Assembly: GCA_945859975.1 (NCBI GenBank)
Contig: CAMAPH010000001.1
Location: 145,070-209,069, forward strand
Direction of reading: 5' to 3'
Length of the DNA: 64,000 nucleotides
Source: Chthonomonas calidirosea
GTDB taxonomy: Bacteria > Armatimonadota > Fimbriimonadia > Fimbriimonadales > Fimbriimonadaceae
In this document: positions 1 through 10,456 of the stretch, piece after piece
Position numbering within the stretch: the first letter of the stretch is position 1
How the letters are laid out: each line of letters opens with the position of its first letter
The notes under the pieces: model-generated
Databases searched by the model: none
Told to the model about the DNA's origin: nothing
The model's input: the letters and a program-made list of their open reading frames with translations, nothing else
Program-made: the position numbers and the translations under genes

Positions 1-1405
1 GAAGCTTATCGGTGATCCGCTTCGCCTTTGGCCCCAGCTTCTTAAGATCGGCAAGGTAGCGTTCGCCAAGCTTTCGGATTCGCGGCGCGGTCGGCACGTG
101 GTTGTCGCCGTACGCTTCTTCCTCAAAATCGTGCCAGAACGGAAGCTCACCGGCTCCGATCACGTCGGGATGGCTTGAAAGGATCTGCTCCAGAAGCGAG
201 GTTCCAGAGCGCATCATGCCCACGATCATGAGCGGAAGCTGAGTATCAAGCCCTTCAGCGGCAAGCTCCTCTAGCTTCGGCTGGGTGAACGTCTCCATGG
301 TCCGCGAGAAGCGATCCTGATAATCTTCCGTCCGCCAAGGAACCTGGCTTAGCCAGGTTTGGTACGCGATCTTGTTTCCTTCGGTGTAATGCTGGATCGA
401 CGACTCAAAATCTTTCAGATCCTCACTTGCCTTTCCAAGCGCATAGTGCATTTCTCCGCGATCTCGTAAAGGCGTCAGCGGCGAATGGACGTTAGTCCGG
501 AGCGTTTCGAGAATTTCTGGTGCAACCTCCGGCGCTTTTTTGGCTCGAAGTAAGTTGTAAAAGGCAAAACCGTGATGAGGAGTTAAGCGGATTGACGCCT
601 CCAAAAATCGAAGTGACTCGGGAAACTTTCCTTGTTCTTGGAGCAGATAGCCTAGGGCCGCGTTGGCAATACCGTTTTCGGGCTGGACCTTGATGGTGTT
701 TCTTAAGTATGTTTCGCTCTCATCTCCGCGGCCAAGTTCCGAAAGGGCTAGAGCTTTTGCAAGGTTGGCCGCGGGATGTCGCTTCTCTAAGTGAAGCGCT
801 TTGTCGGCTGCTCGAAGCGTCTCCTTGAACTTTCCGAGTTCTAGCTGAGTCCGGGCCAAAAGCAACCAGGCTTCGAGATTCCGCGTGTCAAGCTGAAGGA
901 GTTCCTCAAGCGCCGCTAGCAACTGCGGCTTGGAACCGCTCTGTTCGCACAACGCTGCAATTCGTCGAAGCAGCATGATGTCTCTCGGCGTCTGCTCCTT
1001 GGCCTTTTGCAAGATCTGCAGCGCATCCGGTTTTCGGTTGGCGCGCTCAAGCAAATCGGCGAGATGCACCCAAACCGGGGCGTCTTCGGGATTGAGTAGT
1101 GCTGCCGTTTCTGCGTAAGTGATCGCTTCTGGCAGGCGTCGCGTCGAAGCTAGGAGCTTACTTAGAACGATTAGGCACTCCGTGGATGAGGGCTCGATTT
1201 CAAGGGCCGTTCGGAGAAAGCCCTCTGCTTCTGGAGTTCGGTGCTGGCGCGCAGCAATCATTGCTGAAATGACTAGCGCCGAGACATCCGACGGCTCAAT
1301 GCTCAGAGCGGATTGAATGGACTGTTCCGCTTGAACAATCTGATTCTGTTGAAACTGTCGAAGAGCAAGTTCTCTCAATGCGTCGGCATCATTGGTTTCT
1401 GTCAT
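1..1405 (-). CDS. TPR-repeat sulfotransferase family protein (3' end runs off the window)
   Basis: Not in the ORF track because it is truncated. Manual translation: ATG at 1405 is in frame with the PAPS-binding motif LMIVGMMRSGTSLLEQILSSHPDVIGAGELP (about nt 145-235) and with KRITDKL at the window edge. The N-terminal half is Ala/Leu-rich, helical and TPR-like. Confidence 0.85.
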   Translation of the reverse strand, partial: MTETNDADALRELALRQFQQNQIVQAEQSIQSALSIEPSDVSALVISAMIAARQHRTPEAEGFLRTALEIEPSSTECLIVLSKLLASTRRLPEAITYAETAALLNPEDAPVWVHLADLLERANRKPDALQILQKAKEQTPRDIMLLRRIAALCEQSGSKPQLLAALEELLQLDTRNLEAWLLLARTQLELGKFKETLRAADKALHLEKRHPAANLAKALALSELGRGDESETYLRNTIKVQPENGIANAALGYLLQEQGKFPESLRFLEASIRLTPHHGFAFYNLLRAKKAPEVAPEILETLRTNVHSPLTPLRDRGEMHYALGKASEDLKDFESSIQHYTEGNKIAYQTWLSQVPWRTEDYQDRFSRTMETFTQPKLEELAAEGLDTQLPLMIVGMMRSGTSLLEQILSSHPDVIGAGELPFWHDFEEEAYGDNHVPTAPRIRKLGERYLADLKKLGPKAKRITDKL

Positions 1406-1425
1406 TTTTGCTCTCTTGAAACGCA

Positions 1426-1461
1426 AACTGCGGCCCTGCACGGATGTGCAAGACCGCAGTT
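1426..1461 (-). terminator. Long hairpin after the lipoprotein gene, possible intrinsic terminator or processing stem
   Basis: Minus strand reads AACTGCGGTCTTGCAC-ATCC-GTGCAGGGCCGCAGTT followed by TGCGTTTC (weak U tract). Confidence 0.55.
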
Positions 1462-1469
1462 AACCTGAC

Positions 1470-1676
1470 TTATCGCTTGTTCGCAGGCTCCGTGAGAGCA
1501 GCGTCGCGCATCGTGTTTGTTTGGTTTTTCTCGTCCTCGGGAACCCCTTGGTTCACGAGATCTTTGTATTCCTTTCCGGTTACAGTTTTGTCGTTCGGTC
1601 CGACTTGCTGCTCACATCCGGTCACGGCAAAAGCTGCCGCGACCAGGAAAAGAATGCAGATCAGTTTTGAAGCCAA
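1470..1676 (-). CDS. Small lipoprotein (about 68 aa), partner of the prepilin-like gene
   Basis: 3' part of track ORF 1470..1883. Probable TTG start at 1676 overlaps the upstream stop. [21 protein letters not shown] is a signal peptide with a lipobox. Confidence 0.65.
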   Translation of the reverse strand: MASKLICILFLVAAAFAVTGCEQQVGPNDKTVTGKEYKDLVNQGVPEDEKNQTNTMRDAALTEPANKR

Positions 1677-2515
1677 GGAGCGCCCCAGAATCGGAAGAGA
1701 TCTCGGTTCGTCATTGCGGCACAGTAGCTGGCGTTGCTGCCATCGTACTCGTTTCGCGCTGGCGTGTCCGCAAATCGCTTCACGAACTTCTCTTGACCGT
1801 ACTTTCCTGCGTGTCCGTCCGCAAATGCGCCGATGAACTTCTGTCCGTAGGTTCGTCGCGAATCGAAGACGAGTGCGTTCCAAGAGAACGTATCCGTGTA
1901 TCGGTCAGCGATTGGCTGCGATGCTGCTGGCAACACGAACCGAAGCCAAGACCAGTTCGAGATGCTGCCGTATCGGGTTGGAGTAACCGCAAGTCGACCT
2001 GCGATGTCCTCGAAGGACGTGAGCGAGCGCATTGCCGCTGGAACCGAATCAACTTCTGGCGTGCAAGGGTTGTTGCTCGATCCGGTCTGGGTGTAACCGT
2101 CAACGCTGATCGAGAAGCTGGTGATCCAAGCCCAAGTGTAGGTGTACGGCTCGTATGGGTAGTACGGGTCGAGGTAGGTTCGGTTGTAGTTATTGATCTC
2201 AGGGATCGTCTTATCGAAGTAGATCGACTGGTTCTTGATGTATGGGAAGGTTCGACCAACCCAGGTGTTGTTGTAGTGGTAAACGTTCGGCTCAACCGAT
2301 GCGTTTTCAACCCAACCATAGTTAGGAACCGCCATGTCGTCGAAGTCGGTCGAGTACATCTGGAGACCGAGGGCAACCTGCTTCAGACCCGAGAGGGAAG
2401 ACGTGATCTTCGCTGCAGACTTGGCCTGCGCAAATACTGGGAATAGGATCGCCGCAAGAATTGCGATGATCGCGATGACGACCAAGAGTTCAATAAGAGT
2501 AAAAGCGCGTCGCAT
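1661..2515 (-). CDS. Prepilin-type N-terminal cleavage/methylation domain protein (DUF1559-like, DG-tail family)
   Basis: N-terminus [32 protein letters not shown], then [17 protein letters not shown], and C-terminal AFADGHA. Confidence 0.9.
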   Translation of the reverse strand: MRRAFTLIELLVVIAIIAILAAILFPVFAQAKSAAKITSSLSGLKQVALGLQMYSTDFDDMAVPNYGWVENASVEPNVYHYNNTWVGRTFPYIKNQSIYFDKTIPEINNYNRTYLDPYYPYEPYTYTWAWITSFSISVDGYTQTGSSNNPCTPEVDSVPAAMRSLTSFEDIAGRLAVTPTRYGSISNWSWLRFVLPAASQPIADRYTDTFSWNALVFDSRRTYGQKFIGAFADGHAGKYGQEKFVKRFADTPARNEYDGSNASYCAAMTNRDLFRFWGAPWLQN

Positions 2516-2580
2516 AACAAGCTCCGCCCAAATTGTACGAACCCCGCATTAAGTCAAGGTTAAGAACTGAACGTAAAATA

Positions 2581-4359
2581 CTAGGTTTTTCGGGTCCACT
2601 TGCCCACGGCTTCGCGAAGCCGTTCTAACCCATCAGAGACCGAAACGACCTCCGTGTCGATCACCAAATCGGGCGCTTCTGGCTCCTCGTACGCCGCCGT
2701 GATTCCCGTGAAATTGGAGATTTCGCCGGCTCGTGCCTTTGCATAAAGCCCCTTGACATCCCGCAAGGCGACCGTTTCCAGCGAACACCGGACAAACACT
2801 TCTCGAAACGGCTTGCCCACGATCGACCGAGCCAACTCCCGCTGATGCCGCATCGGCGAAATCAGCGAGCAAACGACCGTCAATCCCTGCCCTGCTAGCA
2901 CGTTCGCAAGCTCCGCCACGCGGCGAATATTCTCCGTACGGTCCTCTTCCGAGAATCCAAGATCGGAGTTCATCCCGGCACGAAGGGCGTCCCCGTCCAA
3001 AATCACAACCCCGGCTCGGCCGCGGGCAAATGCCTCGGCCAAAGTCGATTTTCCTGCTCCGCTCAGGCCCGTCATCCAAAGCACAACACCTGCGGAACTT
3101 GACGCAGACGAGTCGCTCGAAATCCGCGTGACTACCCCGGCCCCTAAGGTCTCGTTGCTCACGGGGTCGACGAGAAGAAACGCCCCCGTAGCTCGGTTTC
3201 GATCGTACAAATCAAGAGAAAGGGGCGAAGAGGTCTGAATGACCAGGCGGCCAATCTCGTTGAGGCCCAATGTCGAAACGTACTCGCGGTGCAGCGTCTC
3301 AGGGTTGATTCGGTAGACCAGTTCTGAAATCATTCCAGTTTGCGACTGGGTGCCTGCTAGCACTAGAATCGGTGAGGAAAGCTCAAGCACGCGGTCTGTC
3401 ATCCAGCAAACCGTTCCTTCGAAAGTGGTGGTCACCGGGGAGGGATTCCGCGACCGCACGAGCGTCTGCCCTCGAACCAAGTCTAGCTCGTCCTCAAGCT
3501 CCACAACGATCGGCTGCCCGGTTGTTGCTTCCGGGATCGAACCGTCCGCCGTCGAGAGGGCTTTCACTCGAGAGTTCTGTCCACCGGGGAGCGCCGTAAC
3601 CTCGTCGCCCACCCGAATTGACCCCGAAACCGGCGTACCGGCATACCCCCGAAAATTCGCTGACGGCCGAATGGCAAGCTGAATTGGGAATCGAAACTCA
3701 ACCGGAGTCTGGCGCGGCGAAAGTTCAACCGAATCCAGATACTCCAGCACCGACGGCCCGGAATACCACGGCATCAAGTCGCTGCGGGTCACGAGGTTCG
3801 TGCCGGCCAAAGCGCTGACGGGCATGAAGCGTAGGTCCGCAAACTCCAACTTTGTAACGTACCGACGGATCTCATCCACCCACTTTTCGTACTGGGCTGA
3901 GTCATATGCGACCAAGTCCATCTTGTTGATCAAGATCAGCACGTGCGGAACCCGGAGGAGGGAAACGATGAAGGCGTGACGGAAGGTCTGCACGGTCGGC
4001 CCCTTCGTTGCGTCCACCAAAAGAATCGCGACGTCGGCGGTGGATGCCCCGGTGAACATGTTCCGGGTGTATTGCGCGTGACCGGGCGTATCGGCAAGCA
4101 AGAATCGCCGCCGCTCGGTGGCGAAGTGCCGGTAAGCAACGTCGATCGTGATCTTCTGACTCCGCTCCGCACGCAAGCCATCGGTGAGCAATGCTAGGTT
4201 CACCTCGGTTTCACCGGTTTGCAGGCTCGCTTTCTCGATCGCTTCGTACTGATCGGTCAGAATTGCGCCGCACTCGAAAAGTAGCCGCCCCAGGAAAGTG
4301 CTCTTTCCGTCGTCCACGCTTCCCGCCGTCGCGACGCGAACTAAAGGTCGCGAATCCAT
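2581..4359 (-). CDS. cysNC: Bifunctional sulfate adenylyltransferase subunit 1 / adenylylsulfate kinase
   Basis: GTPase motifs TAGSVDDGKST, DTPGH and NKMD; C-terminal APS kinase motifs WMTGLSGAGKST, LDGDALR and RDVKGLY. Confidence 0.95.
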   Translation of the reverse strand: MDSRPLVRVATAGSVDDGKSTFLGRLLFECGAILTDQYEAIEKASLQTGETEVNLALLTDGLRAERSQKITIDVAYRHFATERRRFLLADTPGHAQYTRNMFTGASTADVAILLVDATKGPTVQTFRHAFIVSLLRVPHVLILINKMDLVAYDSAQYEKWVDEIRRYVTKLEFADLRFMPVSALAGTNLVTRSDLMPWYSGPSVLEYLDSVELSPRQTPVEFRFPIQLAIRPSANFRGYAGTPVSGSIRVGDEVTALPGGQNSRVKALSTADGSIPEATTGQPIVVELEDELDLVRGQTLVRSRNPSPVTTTFEGTVCWMTDRVLELSSPILVLAGTQSQTGMISELVYRINPETLHREYVSTLGLNEIGRLVIQTSSPLSLDLYDRNRATGAFLLVDPVSNETLGAGVVTRISSDSSASSSAGVVLWMTGLSGAGKSTLAEAFARGRAGVVILDGDALRAGMNSDLGFSEEDRTENIRRVAELANVLAGQGLTVVCSLISPMRHQRELARSIVGKPFREVFVRCSLETVALRDVKGLYAKARAGEISNFTGITAAYEEPEAPDLVIDTEVVSVSDGLERLREAVGKWTRKT

Positions 4360-5258
4360 CAGAAGTACCCCTGCAACTTGCGGTCTTCCATCGCGGCGTC
4401 CGATCGCTGATCATCCGCCCTTGTGCTCCGTTCGGTTCGCCGCGAGGCTCGGACTTCAGCAATCACTTCCTCAATCGTGGTGGCCGAGCTATCGATGGCT
4501 CCGGTACAAGTCGCGTCGCCGACGGTTCGGAACCGAACCGTTCGCACCTCTGGCATATCGTCAGGTTGCAAAGTGACAAAAGGCGTCAGGCCAAGCCAGA
4601 CCGACCCACGCCGCACAACCTCTCGCTCGTGGGCAAAGTAAATATCCGGAACCGCCAGGTCGTACTTCTGGATGAACTCCCAAACGTCTAGCTCGGTCCA
4701 GTTGCTCAAAGGGAAGACCCGAAAATGCTCGCCATGCTTCTTGCGGGCGTTGATTAGCCGCCAAACCTCGGGCCGCTGATTTCGAGGATCCCACTGGCCA
4801 AAAGTGTTGCGGTGGCTGAAGAACCGTTCCTTCGCTCGAGCCTTTTCTTCGTCTCGCCGCGCGCCGCCGATGGCGGCATCCAGCCGGAATTCGGCCATTG
4901 CGTCGAGCAGGGTTACGGTCTGTAAGCCGTTCCGGCTTGCGTTCGGACCGACCTCGTCCTGCACTCGCCCTTGATCGATGCTTGCCTGAACCGTCCGGAC
5001 CTGCAAGTCAAAGCCGTTCTCGGCAGCAAAGCGATCCCGAAAAACGAGAGTCTCGGGAAAGTTGTGCCCGGTATCCACGTGGAGCAAAAAGAAAGGCCGC
5101 GAAGCCGGCCAGAAAGCCCGCTTCGCCAAGTGCGCCACCACGATGCTGTCCTTTCCACCCGAAAACAGAATCGCGACCCGATCAAAGTTTGCGGCGGCCT
5201 CGCGAAGCATGTAGATTGCTTCCGCTTCCAACTCCTCGAGGCCCGACTTTAGCACCAT
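4359..5258 (-). CDS. cysD: Sulfate adenylyltransferase subunit 2
   Basis: Motifs LFSGGKDS, GGARRDEEKARAKER, VFPLSNWTELD and RFRTVGD; ends MEDRKLQGYF; stop overlaps the cysNC start. Confidence 0.96.
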   Translation of the reverse strand: MVLKSGLEELEAEAIYMLREAAANFDRVAILFSGGKDSIVVAHLAKRAFWPASRPFFLLHVDTGHNFPETLVFRDRFAAENGFDLQVRTVQASIDQGRVQDEVGPNASRNGLQTVTLLDAMAEFRLDAAIGGARRDEEKARAKERFFSHRNTFGQWDPRNQRPEVWRLINARKKHGEHFRVFPLSNWTELDVWEFIQKYDLAVPDIYFAHEREVVRRGSVWLGLTPFVTLQPDDMPEVRTVRFRTVGDATCTGAIDSSATTIEEVIAEVRASRRTERSTRADDQRSDAAMEDRKLQGYF

Positions 5259-5282
5259 GAATCGAACAGAAGGTTAGCCGAT

Positions 5283-6596
5283 CTAGAGCGTCCAACCGGC
5301 ACGATAGGCTGGCTTAATCAGCGAATCGTATTCGTTCGTGCCCTTCACGGCCATCTTCTTCGCGTCGTATTCCAGCCTTGGACCGTTTGCCCAAACGGCA
5401 AGGTTGCCCAGCAAAACCATCTCGGTCAGCGGTCCGCTGTAGTTCGGAATATTCGACATCGGCGCCGGTCCGCCTTCTGCGGCGAGGAACAACTCCGCCA
5501 TGTGCCCGGGAGATTTCACGAACTCGACAGTTGGAAGCGGCGCTCCGCCGAGGATCGTTGTTCGAATGCCGTACTCATTTCCGCAAACCAGCGTCGCCTT
5601 TTCGCAAACGATAATCATGCCGTTCTGACCAAACTTCACTCCCGGAGCGAGTTCCTGGGCAGGCAGCTTTCCGCCGTCGTACCACTGCAAGTTGACCGCC
5701 GGTCGATTGCGATTCGCCGCGAACTCGTACTTGACGATGCTCCAGAGTGGGTAGCTGTCCTTGTTGTGACCCGAAGTCTCCGCCTGAACCGCAACCGGAT
5801 TGTTCAAATCCAGCGCCATGAACGGCAAGTTCATGTTGTGGCAGCCAATGTCGCCCAGCGCGCCGCTTCCGAACTCCCACCAGCCGCGCCAAGCGAACGG
5901 GTGGTATCCCTCGGCATACGGTCGCTCTGGAGATGGTCCGAGCCAAAGGTCAAAATCGACTTGCTTCGGTTGCTCCTTTGGTGCTGGCCGGCTGATGCCC
6001 TGGGGCCAGAAGTTGCCGGCTCGGTTGGTCCAGCAGTGAATCTCTTTGACCTCACCAAAAGCCTTGCTCCGAATCAGGTTGGCGACTTGTCGAACGGAGT
6101 CATCGGAAGTCGACTGATTGCCCATCTGGGTGTGCACCCGATGCTTCTTCGCCAGTTCCACTAACCGTCGCGCCTCAAAAATAGTGCGTGTCAATGGCTT
6201 TTCGCAGTAAACGTGCTTGCCAAGCTTCATCGCCATTGCGGCGGCAGGAGCATGAGTGTGGTCCGGAGTGCTGACGATAACGACATCAAGGTCTTTATCG
6301 AGCTTCTCCAAAAGCTCACGGAAGTCGGTAAAGGTGGTTGCTCTTGGGTACTCGATCAACGCCTTCGCGCGCCGATCTGCATCGACATCGCAAAGGGCAA
6401 TGACATCGCCAAGCTTCGCTGCCGAAGCCAAGTTCGCGCCGCCTCGGCCACCGATGCCAATGCAGGCGACGCGGAGCTTATCGCCCTTCTTGCGCGTGCC
6501 CGACTGCTCGGCTCGCGCCGCCAGCGGCATAGCGAGCGTAATTCCGGCCGCCCCGGCAAGCTTCAATAGATCGCGACGTGAGGTTTCTTGCGACAT
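5283..6596 (-). CDS. Tat-exported Gfo/Idh/MocA family oxidoreductase
   Basis: Twin-arginine signal SRRDLLK; motifs IGIGGRG, STPDHTH, HVYCEKP and GALGDIGCH. Confidence 0.9.
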   Translation of the reverse strand: MSQETSRRDLLKLAGAAGITLAMPLAARAEQSGTRKKGDKLRVACIGIGGRGGANLASAAKLGDVIALCDVDADRRAKALIEYPRATTFTDFRELLEKLDKDLDVVIVSTPDHTHAPAAAMAMKLGKHVYCEKPLTRTIFEARRLVELAKKHRVHTQMGNQSTSDDSVRQVANLIRSKAFGEVKEIHCWTNRAGNFWPQGISRPAPKEQPKQVDFDLWLGPSPERPYAEGYHPFAWRGWWEFGSGALGDIGCHNMNLPFMALDLNNPVAVQAETSGHNKDSYPLWSIVKYEFAANRNRPAVNLQWYDGGKLPAQELAPGVKFGQNGMIIVCEKATLVCGNEYGIRTTILGGAPLPTVEFVKSPGHMAELFLAAEGGPAPMSNIPNYSGPLTEMVLLGNLAVWANGPRLEYDAKKMAVKGTNEYDSLIKPAYRAGWTL

Positions 6597-6628
6597 AGCG
6601 GAGGCAGTTTAGCGGGAACGGAGAAAAT

Positions 6629-7000
6629 TTACGAGGGAGAAAGCGAGAGTTCTCGCAGATCTGAGATCGCCTCGAGCGATTCCGCCTCGGTTTCCGGCCA
6701 AATTTCGTACGCTCCGGCATCGAAAAACTGTCCGTCCAGGATCGTCCAGCGACCACTAATCATTTGTCCATCCCACTTGCCCGTGTACCGAACCTGCCAG
6801 AACATGTAGTTCTTGATCAGAAAAACATCCTCGCCGTCATACTCGCCGGTGACCCCAAAGCCGCCGCTCTTGTCCGACCCCTCACCCGAAATTTCGCCCG
6901 CGCCGAATCGCAGGGTCATCCGCTGATGCCCCTTTTCTGGCCCCTGGATCCACCAACCGATCCAAGGCCCACTTTTCGATTCTAAGCTTCCATCCGCCAC
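6629..7000 (-). CDS. Hypothetical beta-rich protein
   Basis: Track ORF 6629..7066. GTG at 7000 is preferred as start because TACACT (-10-like) lies 6 nt upstream. Gly/Trp-rich sequence (SGPWIGWWIQ...ISGRWTI). Confidence 0.65.
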   Translation of the reverse strand: MADGSLESKSGPWIGWWIQGPEKGHQRMTLRFGAGEISGEGSDKSGGFGVTGEYDGEDVFLIKNYMFWQVRYTGKWDGQMISGRWTILDGQFFDAGAYEIWPETEAESLEAISDLRELSLSPS

Positions 7001-7004
7001 CTGA

Positions 7005-7100
7005 TTAGTGTACGAGACTAGGACTTTTGCAGACAATCGGAACACCAGAAAGCGCAACGCGGTCAATAAACCATCGGCTAACTGCCGGTGACAGAAGCAT
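7005..7100 (-). CDS. Possible 31-aa peptide MLLSPAVSRWFIDRVALSGVPIVCKSPSLVH
   Basis: Perfect Shine-Dalgarno AGGAGG 7 nt upstream of ATG (AGGAGGAGGAGTT-ATG), preceded by a hairpin at 7114-7152. Below the ORF-track length cutoff. Confidence 0.35.
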   Translation of the reverse strand: MLLSPAVSRWFIDRVALSGVPIVCKSPSLVH

Positions 7101-7188
7101 AACTCCTCCTCCTAGACTTGCTCCGCAGCCGCCCCCCGGCTCGGAGCAGTCTTACTTTGGGCCGCCGGAGATTTTGGTAACGTGAGCC

Positions 7189-7920
7189 ATGGCCCTGCTG
7201 GATCTCCGCTACTACAGTCATGCCCTTGGCATGCAAACCGCCGCAACCGTCATCTTGCCGCAAGACTCGCTTGGCCCATACCAAGTCATGTTCCTGCTCC
7301 ATGGCCGGAGCGATGACCACACCATCTGGACCCGTCGCACCAGCATTGAGCGCTACGTCGACGGCCTTCCACTGATCGTTGTGATGCCAAATGGTCACCG
7401 TGGCTTTTATGTAGACATGGATAACGGCTACCCCTATGGCAAGGCCGTCGGAGAAGAACTCCCCGCACTCATCCGAAATTGGTTCTCGACCGTAGATGTG
7501 TGGAGCATCACCGGTCTATCGATGGGCGGCTACGGCGCACTCCGGACCGCCTTCAACTATCCAGATCTTTTCAAGTCTGCGGTCTCCCACTCCGGCGCCC
7601 TCATCAAGTTCGGCGAAGGCATCGCCCTCGACCGATCCCAAGAAGACCTCGAGTGGTACCGAACCTTCGGCACCGCGCCCCACGGTGGTCCAAATGATTT
7701 ATTCCAACTTGCAGAAACGCACAAGGACCAGATCAAGATCCGCATCGACTGCGGAACCGAAGATTTCCTTCTAGAAGAAAATCGCCGCTACACCGCCCAC
7801 CTCACCGAAATTGGGTACGAGCACGAATACGAGGAATTCCCCGGCACCCATGAGTGGGGCTACTGGGACACTCACGTCCAAGAGGCCATTGCGTTCCACC
7901 GGAAAAACCTAAACTTCTGA
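7189..7920 (+). CDS. Alpha/beta-hydrolase esterase (S-formylglutathione hydrolase / tributyrin esterase-like family)
   Basis: Motifs FLLHG, nucleophile elbow TGLSMGG, DCGTEDFL and GTHEWGYW, which together supply a Ser-Asp-His triad. Confidence 0.88.
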   Translation: MALLDLRYYSHALGMQTAATVILPQDSLGPYQVMFLLHGRSDDHTIWTRRTSIERYVDGLPLIVVMPNGHRGFYVDMDNGYPYGKAVGEELPALIRNWFSTVDVWSITGLSMGGYGALRTAFNYPDLFKSAVSHSGALIKFGEGIALDRSQEDLEWYRTFGTAPHGGPNDLFQLAETHKDQIKIRIDCGTEDFLLEENRRYTAHLTEIGYEHEYEEFPGTHEWGYWDTHVQEAIAFHRKNLNF

Positions 7921-7949
7921 TAAAGATTTTTCGAAAGGCGACGAAATCT

Positions 7950-7978
7950 TTGGCTTTTTCGGAAAAGTGATGTATAGT
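7950..7978 (+). promoter_or_regulatory. Sigma70-like promoter of the ilv leader and operon
   Basis: TTGGCT (7950-7955), 17-bp spacer, TATAGT (7973-7978). Confidence 0.6.
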
Positions 7979-7990
7979 CCTGCCGTTCCT

Positions 7991-8092
7991 ATGTCTTCCC
8001 AGGTCTTTGGAGTGCGCGTGGTTAGCCAGTACGAAGTATTGGTCGGCCTCCTTGCGCTTCTTGGTCTCCTCCTTATTATTGGACCGACCTAG
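7991..8092 (+). CDS. ilv operon attenuator leader peptide (33 aa: MSSQVFGVRVVSQYEVLVGLLALLGLLLIIGPT)
   Basis: 16 of 33 codons are Val (6), Leu (8) or Ile (2). It lies between the promoter and a terminator, upstream of ilvB. Confidence 0.85.
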   Translation: MSSQVFGVRVVSQYEVLVGLLALLGLLLIIGPT

Positions 8093-8116
8093 CCCCGGGA
8101 AGCTAAAGAATGACTG

Positions 8117-8148
8117 AAGCCTTCCCGGGAAACCGGGAAGGCTTTTTT
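8117..8148 (+). terminator. Attenuator terminator of the ilv leader
   Basis: Perfect 12-bp stem AAGCCTTCCCGG-GAAA-CCGGGAAGGCTT plus T tract. A competing antiterminator strand CCGGGAAG lies at 8095-8102. Confidence 0.9.
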
Positions 8149-8237
8149 GTTGGGTCCAGCAGTGTCGCTGAGCTCAGCCGCCGAAGGTGGACACCTTCCC
8201 CGGTCCGGGTTGGGCAGCGGAAAAACGGACAATTTGT

Positions 8238-9961
<1,724 letters not shown>

Positions 9962-9965
<4 letters not shown>

Positions 9966-10450
9966 GGCACACCCAAGAGCACACCGTCACCGCCCTCGTT
10001 CACAACGAGCACGGAACCCTGAACCGCATGATCAGCCTCTTCCGACGCCGCGGCTTCTCGCTGAGCAGCCTCGCCGTCGGCGACTGCGAAGAGCCCGGTC
10101 TGAGCCGAATGTCCATCGTCGTCAACGCCGACGACAACATGCTTCGGCAATGCGTCATGCAGCTCGAAAAAGCCGTCGATGTCGTCTCCGTCGAGTCTCT
10201 CGATGGCAAGGAATACGTTCACCGGGAACTCGCCTTCATCCAGGTCGACGCCCCGCCGGAGAAGCGATCCGAGATCATCGACATCTCGCGGGTGCTGAAC
10301 TGCGAAATCGTTCACCTCGGGCTCAAAACAATGACCGTTCAGGTCGTCGCCAACGCCCGCAAAATCCAAGGCCTAATCCGCCTTCTCGAACCTTACGGTA
10401 TCAAGAAAATAGTCCGCTCTGGCACGGTTGCCATGAGCGCAGAGGAGTGA
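9962..10450 (+). CDS. ilvN: Acetolactate synthase small (regulatory, ACT) subunit
   Basis: LVHNEHGTLNRMISLFRRRGF and IVRSGTVAM; ATGA overlap with ilvB. Confidence 0.93.
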
Positions 10451-10456
10451 TTCAAC

